Virus record (IMG/VR): IMGVR_UViG_3300025705_000581
Reading direction: 5' to 3' (one strand)
DNA: 64,000 nt
DNA from: a virus
Below, piece after piece: positions 49,401-55,179 of this stretch (position 1 is its first letter; the number at the start of each line of letters is the position of its first letter). The notes beneath the pieces are model-generated. The model had not been told where the DNA came from, did no database searches, and saw nothing but the letters and a program-made list of their open reading frames with translations. The translations under genes and the position numbers were made by a program.

Positions 49401-51406
49401 ACAAGTCTGTTTGGGAAATCATCAATACCAAGTGATGCAACTTGACCTGTACCGCCACTTTCAGAATATAGCATATCACCTGGTTGGACATCACCAACAA
49501 GGTTTCTTACATAGATTGCTGAGTCAGATGTAACACTTGTTGCCCAAGATACATACCCAGATGCACCTGATGAGAAGGTAATACTATCACCTTCGGCAAA
49601 CAACGATTGAATTGAGTGACCTGCTTCCATAAAGAATTCTTGGCCAAGGTCAGCAATTGTACCTTTAGAGTTAAACGGATTAAGAGGTGGTTCAACATCC
49701 AAACGGTTAAAGTTTGATAGCTGAGAACTATCTCGAATATATGGCGAACGTCTTAGTTTTGCACCTGGGCGATATGCAACCGCAAATCCGCCTTCAGGAT
49801 AATCAAAGTTATCAACTTCAAAGTTCATATATGCGAAACCTTGAACATAACAACCTGATCCAACAAGAACACCGTTAGTTCTTTCAAATCCTGGTTTCTT
49901 CTGAATAACTGTTGCGTACTGACCTGCTGTTGAAGTCATAGAACAATCGTCAGGCAATTCAATTGGGTCATCTACATAATAAGTACCTGGTCCGACCGAA
50001 ATATGAACCGCATCATTTAACGCGTTTCTGTTATAAACACCACCTGCTTTTTCAACTGCAAGTTCTGCACCGCGTTTTAGTGTTTGAACAGGTTTAAGAA
50101 TTGTACCTGGGTTTCTATCATCACCATCAATGGCAACGTGTACCTTAAGTGCTTTTTCTGTTGACTTAGAAATTTCCTCAAAGAACTGGCGATAGCTGAT
50201 CTGTTGTGTTTCATTTGTTTTAACATTTTTAATGGCGAAGTAGTTATCTTCATCCATGTTTGGCTGCCACACATTGTGTAGTTCCATGTCAAAGTCAACA
50301 AGTGTTGAGCTATCAATTGTTGTATTTGAAACTTCTGAGTCCTGAATAGAACCATCAACAAATGATGATTTATCAGAGATTGCCATTCCTTTTGTTTTGG
50401 AACTTGTGATGGTCATATTTGACGCTGTCACATTATCCATAATACCTTGGAACGATGAATTAGTAATTACGTTATTATCAAGAGTACCATCTTGAATTGT
50501 TGTATCGGTAAATATATTATTGGCGCCTGTTCCGTCACTGAAATCAGAGTCAGTAATATTTACTGAATTAATAAACCCGCCTGTGATGGAGGATGAAGTC
50601 ATCGCAACATTGTTTGCGGTTGAATCTATGATCCGACCTTGTAGAATAGTACTAGTAAATACGTTATTATTACCGGTGCCATCACTGAAATCAGTATTCA
50701 GGATGGTTGAGTTAGCAATTGCTGTATCCCAAATTTGACCGTTTGAAAATCTTGAGTTTGTAATATCAACATCATCAAGATCAACATTGAAGATAGAACT
50801 GTTAGAGATTGTACCTTCAGAGAAAGTAGTCGTAACAATTGATGAATTAGAAATCGTAGCATCTTCGAGAATAAGTTCGTCAATACTAATATTTGTAAGG
50901 ATCAGGCCGTTTGCAGTACCTTGGTCAATAGTAACATTATTATATTCGGAATTGTCAATACGAGAATTCGTAAAGACCATATTGTTACCTGTACCATCAT
51001 TGAATGTTGAATTATCAATTGTTGAATAGGTAAATACGTCGTTGTTACCTGTACCATCACTGAAATCGGAGTTCAGAATAGTTGACGAGTTCATCGAGAT
51101 ATTATTTGCGGTTGCAGTCAGAATGGTGACATTAGATATCACGGTCTGTTGCATTGTTCCGCGGTTTATTGTCGAGTCATTAATTTGTGTAGTATTAATA
51201 ACTGAGTCAGACATTGTAACACCGGAGATTGTACCTCCAGTGATTGTAATTCTATCAAAGATTTCATATTGTATAGCTTGAACTAATTCAGCTCTAGTTA
51301 GGTTCTTTGTACCGTCATCACCTTGGATAAGGTTAACTATAACAAAGAGGTCTTCGGTACGTGTATTTGCACCGGTTATAGGACCTAGTTCTGTAATCTT
51401 TGACAT
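40406..51406 (-). CDS. Giant (3666-aa) virion protein: beta-solenoid, pectin-lyase-like beta-helix, 11 phycobiliprotein-like C-x-R-D helical repeats and 9 HTFVSA beta modules
   Basis: Open ORF with a late promoter; N-term Ser/Asn/Asp pentapeptide-like repeats; HVAIDGDDRNPGTILKPVQTLKRG...VGPGTY beta-helix start; repeats counted by eye. Confidence 0.85.
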   Translation of the reverse strand: MSKITELGPITGANTRTEDLFVIVNLIQGDDGTKNLTRAELVQAIQYEIFDRITITGGTISGVTMSDSVINTTQINDSTINRGTMQQTVISNVTILTATANNISMNSSTILNSDFSDGTGNNDVFTYSTIDNSTFNDGTGNNMVFTNSRIDNSEYNNVTIDQGTANGLILTNISIDELILEDATISNSSIVTTTFSEGTISNSSIFNVDLDDVDITNSRFSNGQIWDTAIANSTILNTDFSDGTGNNNVFTSTILQGRIIDSTANNVAMTSSSITGGFINSVNITDSDFSDGTGANNIFTDTTIQDGTLDNNVITNSSFQGIMDNVTASNMTITSSKTKGMAISDKSSFVDGSIQDSEVSNTTIDSSTLVDFDMELHNVWQPNMDEDNYFAIKNVKTNETQQISYRQFFEEISKSTEKALKVHVAIDGDDRNPGTILKPVQTLKRGAELAVEKAGGVYNRNALNDAVHISVGPGTYYVDDPIELPDDCSMTSTAGQYATVIQKKPGFERTNGVLVGSGCYVQGFAYMNFEVDNFDYPEGGFAVAYRPGAKLRRSPYIRDSSQLSNFNRLDVEPPLNPFNSKGTIADLGQEFFMEAGHSIQSLFAEGDSITFSSGASGYVSWATSVTSDSAIYVRNLVGDVQPGDMLYSESGGTGQVASLGIDDFPNRLVGRGGGCMLADRRVLDPDSLFTYVLCFGFTPRTQNGMGYVARDGAGVNGIGSLSIFVRTAFYALNGGQMTLNNSGTQFGDISMRAKGSTQVFTPSQMDDTLLFSNTVFADTLMDNKQDIIEDMVGYLTTPISQGGLGYQGYDAEKCKRDTGIIIDSVGYDIALNTNYWGRLNGIAYSSPISYVVKNEQLTETLGANEHLKSEINRLFSNSEAAVNTRANVSLDETLNILENGESYASDLFFTDTGNVARTAAREIIQDNRELIIDGMVEWIDNNDEFFSYDSAKCRRDIQEYILPAVKWDSLLDTNYNSVVAGQAYYSKQGQTVVENQREETVGSFERLRKITDDLVEANSAIMAERSYDRMSTIIDILDNTRTEKFNPTKATYEPDTGRMVITIGAHTLQKGQFVTIADEAFTFTCDSDGNKLEISHPRKSDTFNYRRAIPIDEVSAKTITINAGTTGANFAHTFVSAKPSSVSVLGEALTFSDDAGIPADKRNARKQLQANKEFIQDYMEGWAENQWYFYDSKKCERDTKEYIMPAVQRDLLLGTNFNAYQTGIAYRSKSGEVSVTKQLEQTVASINHMKSETANTVTGNTLAVDRVNTSFDQMVALLNNNGKKYTPTNAAYNPVTGVVEITIGAHDFAVGDKIRIEKNSMVFTCALDGNTSQHAYPSTTFETWTPSTATYVPSTGEFTVTISANQLKAGDTVTFKPGAVTFTCELDDNVTEHAAPESHHPFFNKPVTIDEVDGFVLKMNVGAVEDGGGVHTFVSALADGLTTERQHPAYENPVEISARTATTITVNVGKSQDTSAHTFVSATTNAIREDGMWTGKYTPQDATYDPVNGEMVVTIGQHDLPVGQWISIAPESIVFSCDVGGVVGTDPAPLPGHPAYNQPVRITETTSTTFTVNVGNANGHANTHTFVSATKDCIDGHALYFTDPAKFVKAYTPTDATYNPNTGDMVVTIPGHDIEVGDNVQTKPLSFAFSCGFNGGGTDYHPRIGEPMYEHPQEVTAADATTITFNAGSAGGYTGTHTFVSAEEGSIIKVSSSEKGKYAARQLQKNKTFIQEEITAWLNDNYFIYDKEKCMRDTGYILNAVMRDVLTGSNNNAVYTGMGYRIGTVGANNVVNNQLTETVGAITWLKGKINTDVLTDATAIARSNAAFDEIIDIMSNGNAAADVIDFGIQSISEDAFAARHILQLNKSFIQKEAIAWITANHPGFVYDAVACERDLGIFVDTVSWDVQHGSTASTVNNSRLYFENALPVLADDEIVPTSEVYDHIAKIAGQIVRGEDVDNLQGVVTQVKTDEDTYTPTTATYDPVTGIMVTTIGTHNFVVGDRITIDPESITFSCGFGGGGTDSHPNAADPNLRKQYIITAADATTITVNAGAANGYTGAHTFVSADADCIRRANVAEAYTATNVAYAHMTGVMEVTLGDRHRFSVGDYVIFDENAITLSCPTSPTDATPINISHPRPTDPIFNKPVRIDAVTATTITMQVGDAKVDKVHTFVSATANGIRRSLAPTVSSSVVNLFDGVGQTIRNNDGTVPTVIEPKPTSAYGTTIISEARLIGGSKPKYQTEIIDLIAVTYSGLAYNEAKCYRDIGYIVDAITEDLEYGGDAATVHSANYYFLGAVNTLPPEQRGPTRLAYQHLADVIDEVSRAITVTATTGNVRVQDTTSIPAADVATGSRAHNLVEIIAQTVDDFSPSKIPAVTSSPLMEPSRTYARQSLAMNREFIQNEIVNYIDDEFYTFDENKCARDAGFILDAVRRDVQTGSNYNGKYVGKSYRIGTVGADKVIEDQLAETIEGIQYIQKDIESRLTGVALERAQNSFSNIITAMVNDYTPDGTNYDYGTGNRGSNNINARQALQLNRAFLQAEATAWVAVNYPSLVYDTAKCERDTGIMADAASYDIQHVTNTAMLDVAKLYFENGLSTLSADQRAPTAALYTHLGDVSRSLILKIDVTPSAGNTVIQNKVFGPVAAAIGNDMQDLWEIIATVIAADSLVDMPDDIEVFAGAVGAASYGYETEAALIGSRKDALQSTITDYLKTTFNYLEYDRDRCFRDTGYILDAICHDIQYGGNSAMVNAAGLYFKNAVNLLPTDQRDATRMAFTRLGEIVEHVTRNELVPVEFGAKYTPTTAAYDNVTGEIVITIGQHELTTNDHVMLTEDGMTFTCDMDGNTTNHAAPQPHHPAYLRAIPVLATSSTTITVNVGPAAGGAHTFVSALPNAVSQVTGNLIKQDTSHLAARRTIATEAKNLAWIVANIADDNDEKGIPLEVPPFTNWIQSDLITAKEAIEDSIPALATSVINYITNNWNGISYPKQKCRRDIGILVDAISHDVNYTTNFASVQSAQFYFRNATSVLPYDQRQQTADLYTVMADLVSAVVQEQTPTNYGYTPTGVDYDPLTGMMTATIGSHNIEAGDFVTFDNLGITFSCPTSDVDPTPINISHPRVGGDEWADGKPCRVEFVDGTTITMNAGPAGVDKAHTFVSATEGAIRKAIVTRQAQDISGAPATAVEGEYVADMIRIIEDAIRRDSIDGIPEIIEPDTSWIDNSLVWAGKEIDDNLDILADDVTNWINTTYNVLDYNKVKCRRDAGYLVDAFAYDLNYGGTSASKWNAAFYFWNNVYRIPEDQRVPTAKAYRKLGEIARDALLETLPGVSIKGESTTAVEAQHVYDLADIYYRSFLNKDEKDFGPTILPDFEWEDNKVFKFAREILKANRKKLSVETVRFVGQNYKFFDINLTRRDATNLLQSLANDFKFQNVVTNQDGSQTSTRTYAAAFFDYNGKHVFPVFNPTTPGLSFQGTLNGLGALGNVTGQKPNHAYIVSTDYAGNRYDGTIYYWDGTAWQTDGANNVDLLVSFYQAWTRMKTFIKTNYTPDINHDAMIDGLFDDVLRASVLRPSVLTFGSLVESIAHQFNGASAGVNRNALPINFRNLGLPISAIASVLSEDGGRVRWSGADELNNQYFARGLRINGRTGRIEGRPFTSSVRKLARRASNSRAVV

Positions 51407-51431
51407 ACGGTTATCCTGCTTCTTTTTATTT

Positions 51432-51439
51432 TATTTATA
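51432..51439 (-). promoter_or_regulatory. T4-type late promoter for the giant protein
   Basis: Exact TATAAATA 26 nt upstream of the ATG. Confidence 0.78.
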
Positions 51440-51477
51440 AAGGTATCTTACCGACTATTTATTGTAAAAGGATATTA

Positions 51478-52254
51478 TTATAAATCAGGAAATAAAGATT
51501 GGTTTGGTAGTGGTCTGCTAAATAGCAAGAAACCTATACCGCCTTGTGCTCTGTTATCACGCTCAGTCAATTTAAAGTTTAGGTAATGTTCTCTTCCGTT
51601 TCTAATTTCATTCAATTCGTGTGCATAATTTAGTTCTGTTGTGAACCTTGAATAAAAATCACTGATGTTATCGAGATCAGTATTCTCATCCACGTTCGTG
51701 TGAGTGCAAATTTGCGTATCAACTAATGTAAGACTTTCATCATCTTCAACATTAAAAGTTTTGCCATTGCTATCTGTTGTTCCTGGTGCTTGAAAATATA
51801 TTTTAAAGGTTTCAAATTTTTCTGTATTTAGATTATATATGAATTTAAAGCCACCACGAATACAGATATCATTGATATTAGCATATTCAGAGTATGGAAA
51901 CCTATCTTTAAAAGGTACATCACCGTCTGATCTAAATGTAGCACCAAAGTTAATAGTTTGTCTATCAATAAATGATGCTGAACCGATTGCAAGTTTACCA
52001 CCATGGGCAACACCAAGACTAGTAATAAAGTTTCTCAATTCGTCATTTACATTTACGTTGTTATCTTGAAGATATTGTAACGCTCTTTCAGATCTGTTTT
52101 CTTCTGTGAAAATAAGTGCAAATTCTTTTGTTGCGTTATCGTCCTCAGTATTACGTTTACGCATAGTCATAAGATACACATCTTCTATAACGCTGTCGCT
52201 TACAATAGTTGTAGTGTCCTTACATACATCAGTAATCAATTGTCTTAATATCAT
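51478..52254 (-). CDS. Hypothetical protein
   Basis: 258-aa ORF, starts 1 nt after the upstream stop; no recognisable motif. Confidence 0.6.
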   Translation of the reverse strand: MILRQLITDVCKDTTTIVSDSVIEDVYLMTMRKRNTEDDNATKEFALIFTEENRSERALQYLQDNNVNVNDELRNFITSLGVAHGGKLAIGSASFIDRQTINFGATFRSDGDVPFKDRFPYSEYANINDICIRGGFKFIYNLNTEKFETFKIYFQAPGTTDSNGKTFNVEDDESLTLVDTQICTHTNVDENTDLDNISDFYSRFTTELNYAHELNEIRNGREHYLNFKLTERDNRAQGGIGFLLFSRPLPNQSLFPDL

Positions 52255-52255
52255 A

Positions 52256-54085
52256 TTATAATCCCCATCTTCCGCGGGCGTTGTTCCACCGCTCGGTAAT
52301 TTGTGTATCAGTTAATCCTGTATTATGTACTGCCCAATATCCAAGACGTGCATACCAAGAACTATTAATTCCACCATATTCATTACTTGACCCACCTACG
52401 TTCATTGGAGTTGAGTTCAATGAAATGTTTGCAGCTGCCGCAGTATTTGTTGCGATAATGGTACCGTTTCTAATAATATGTCTACGTGCTGGAGTAGAAC
52501 GCAATATAATATGTTGATATGCGGTTTGGTTATTTGCAACATTAAGTCTTTGGCTTCCTGCACAACAACCACCTTGGTCAAAATACCAATTCCCGTTTGT
52601 CCATGTTGGGTGAGAGAATATTCCTCTAGAAAGATAGACACCTCCGTGAAATTTAAACGCAGCATTTTGTGTATAAATTTCAGTTCTACATACCAATTCA
52701 ATTGTATAACCTGATGTATTGGTGATCCCAAAGCTATCTGATGCCGGGCCAGTAAATAGGTTTTGATACATAAAGAAGTTTGGGGCTGAGGAGCTGCTGT
52801 CGTGCCAACCTAAACTTGCGTTAGTGGAATAAGGACCAGGAAATTCATCCGCCTGTAAGTCTCTACCATTACCTGAAATATCAGGCCAAGTACCAGAAGT
52901 AGCATTATAGTATTGAGCATCACATTCTTGCACCAAATTAGTCCCGCCTGTAACCGAACCAATAACGTGTGTTCCTGTTGTTGAATAGATAAGAGTTAAA
53001 CCATTATATTCAAATTGAATAACACCACTTTTACCATAACCGCCGAGTGTATTTGCTTGTCCTCTTGTACTTGATGCAGTGCCAATAGTATATGTTACTG
53101 TTTCACCGACACCGCCCGCGCCATCAAAAACATTTATCTGCCCGGCACTACCGCCATTACCACCTTTACCTTCAGAATCATTTTTACCTGAGTCTACGTC
53201 ACCACCACCGCCAGCGCCGCCTGCACCAAATCCTGTCGCATTCGCACCGTTTTGCTGTTCGTTTGCTGCTCCGCCGCCACTGCCAAAGTTTGTATTCCCG
53301 CCGGCATTTCCAACATAGTTTGATGAACCTGCACTATTACCACCGGCACCGCCGTTTACATTTACATTAGGAATGCCGGCATCACCGCCATAACTTGAAC
53401 CGCCACCTGCACCGCCGTTGTTAGCAATTGCTGCGGTATTTGGCTCATAACGGCCACCACCGCCAGCCCCACCTGCACCGATAATTGTGATTATAACTGC
53501 GATACCATTAACAGCACCGTAAAAATCGCCTATAGAAATTGTTCCGCTTGTTGGCACATTATTATTAACTGAGAAATCAGGAACACGCCCACCGCCTCTA
53601 TAATAATCGTTAATTGACCAACTATCTGGTAATTGCACCACGTCAGGTACAACATATAATGAAGTTAAATACGCTCGGTCGTCATTAGTATGTACTGATC
53701 CGTCTTTTGAGTATCGCCATTCTACGGTATCTCCATCTTCAATGGAAGTGGAGCCACTGATGGAGTTAATACCAGATTGTTGCCATAGCGGTTGCCCATT
53801 TTTGTAAAGTCTATGAAAGTCGTAATTGGTCTCTGAACTAACGTTAGAACTATAATATAAAGTACCTGTTGCAGATACAACAAATCTTTGATACGCAGTA
53901 GTGCTGTTTTGGCGCCAGTTATTAGACGTACCATAAAATGGATCATCAATAGTTCCTGAACCACCTTCCAAATACGTAAGGCTTGAGCCGTTTCTTGTCA
54001 TAAAAGGTGGAGAGGGAGCCTGCTGATCTTCAAATTCAACTTTAATATCGTCTAATGATATTGGGCCGCTAGTCTGTAGAGCCAT
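52256..54085 (-). CDS. Putative fibre-tip adhesin: Gly-rich segment plus C-terminal LamG/ConA-like domain
   Basis: N-term MALQTSGPISLDDI and VPTSGTISIGDFYG; GAGGAGGGG runs; C-term WPDISGNGRDL...YTIELV...LGYWAVHNTGLTDTQITERWN. Confidence 0.68.
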   Translation of the reverse strand: MALQTSGPISLDDIKVEFEDQQAPSPPFMTRNGSSLTYLEGGSGTIDDPFYGTSNNWRQNSTTAYQRFVVSATGTLYYSSNVSSETNYDFHRLYKNGQPLWQQSGINSISGSTSIEDGDTVEWRYSKDGSVHTNDDRAYLTSLYVVPDVVQLPDSWSINDYYRGGGRVPDFSVNNNVPTSGTISIGDFYGAVNGIAVIITIIGAGGAGGGGRYEPNTAAIANNGGAGGGSSYGGDAGIPNVNVNGGAGGNSAGSSNYVGNAGGNTNFGSGGGAANEQQNGANATGFGAGGAGGGGDVDSGKNDSEGKGGNGGSAGQINVFDGAGGVGETVTYTIGTASSTRGQANTLGGYGKSGVIQFEYNGLTLIYSTTGTHVIGSVTGGTNLVQECDAQYYNATSGTWPDISGNGRDLQADEFPGPYSTNASLGWHDSSSSAPNFFMYQNLFTGPASDSFGITNTSGYTIELVCRTEIYTQNAAFKFHGGVYLSRGIFSHPTWTNGNWYFDQGGCCAGSQRLNVANNQTAYQHIILRSTPARRHIIRNGTIIATNTAAAANISLNSTPMNVGGSSNEYGGINSSWYARLGYWAVHNTGLTDTQITERWNNARGRWGL

Positions 54086-54998
54086 TTTTCAAATTATCCA
54101 CTTCATCTTTGAGCTCTTTAATTGCTTCAATAAGAAGGCCAACAATGTTTCCATAACGTACTGCTTTGAAATTTCCATTTTCTTCAGAGTGCGTTTCGTA
54201 TACTACTCCAGGAAGTACTTTTTCAATTTCTTGTGCTATAACACCTGTGGCAATTTCTTCTTTGCCAATATAGTTAAACGTATATCCGTTAACTTGTGAT
54301 ACTTTATCGAGAGCGTTATCAATTACGTTTATATTTTCTTTTAGTTTTCTATCGGATGCAGCATAAGCTGTTGTAACTTCGCCTGTTGCAAATACATCCT
54401 GGGCATATACATCAACAACAGTTAGATCACCAGTTAATGTAAGGTCATCCGCTGATAATGTTCCGCCAAATGCTGTGTTACCTGTAACTGTGAGGTCACG
54501 GCCAACAGTTACATCTTCTGTTGTTGTAATGGACTCAATGGTTTCAAGGTTTGGTACTTTCAGTGTACCTGCCGTTGATAATTCAAAACGAGTAGCGCCT
54601 ACGCCTGTATTAATAATAAAGTTAAGATTTGTGTTATCCTCAATACCAATATCCCACGAGGACGTACCGTTTGTATATCGAGTTAATGCACCGCTTGCTC
54701 CGTATTGGAATGTCGCGGCAATTTCTGATGCAGAACTTGTAATCTGTAACGGTGAACCTAATACAACAGTGGCACCACCTGTATAAGCAACAATTGAGTC
54801 TGTTTTAATTTGTGTATCAGCAAGAAGGTTTGTAGTTGTTATATCACCAACAAGATTAACATCCCCTGTTGTAATATCCCCAGCAACAGACGCGGTAACC
54901 GCAGAAGTTCTAAAGAGATCAACCATTTCATTTGTTTTATCAAACCAGTTTTGAAATGATTGTGCAGTTGTAATATTTTGAATATTCGACTTGGCCAT
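54069..54998 (-). CDS. Short tail fibre with C-terminal S74 chaperone
   Basis: N-term T4-like SFQNWFDKTNEM; C-term ASDRKLKENI...GVIAQEIEKVLPGVV...VRYGNIVGLLIEAIKEL. Confidence 0.85.
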   Translation of the reverse strand: MAKSNIQNITTAQSFQNWFDKTNEMVDLFRTSAVTASVAGDITTGDVNLVGDITTTNLLADTQIKTDSIVAYTGGATVVLGSPLQITSSASEIAATFQYGASGALTRYTNGTSSWDIGIEDNTNLNFIINTGVGATRFELSTAGTLKVPNLETIESITTTEDVTVGRDLTVTGNTAFGGTLSADDLTLTGDLTVVDVYAQDVFATGEVTTAYAASDRKLKENINVIDNALDKVSQVNGYTFNYIGKEEIATGVIAQEIEKVLPGVVYETHSEENGNFKAVRYGNIVGLLIEAIKELKDEVDNLKNGSTD

Positions 54999-54999
54999 T

Positions 55000-55179
55000 T
55001 TAATTCTTCTCTATTAAATCTAATCGTTCGCAGATACGTGTGATACAAATTTTTATATCAGAGATCTCTTCAGCTAACGCAGTAACATTGCGGTGTAATG
55101 CTCTTTCCTGTTTATATTTATTAAGAGCAGCGGCGTCATTATTTAGAACGGCATTACTATTTTTATCACGAGTATACAT
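55000..55179 (-). CDS. Small 59-aa coiled-coil protein missing from the ORF track
   Basis: My translation: MYTRDKNSNAVLNNDAAALNKYKQERALHRNVTALAEEISDIKICITRICERLDLIEKN*; TAATG overlap with the upstream stop; ends 1 nt before the next ATG. Confidence 0.8.
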   Translation of the reverse strand: MYTRDKNSNAVLNNDAAALNKYKQERALHRNVTALAEEISDIKICITRICERLDLIEKN

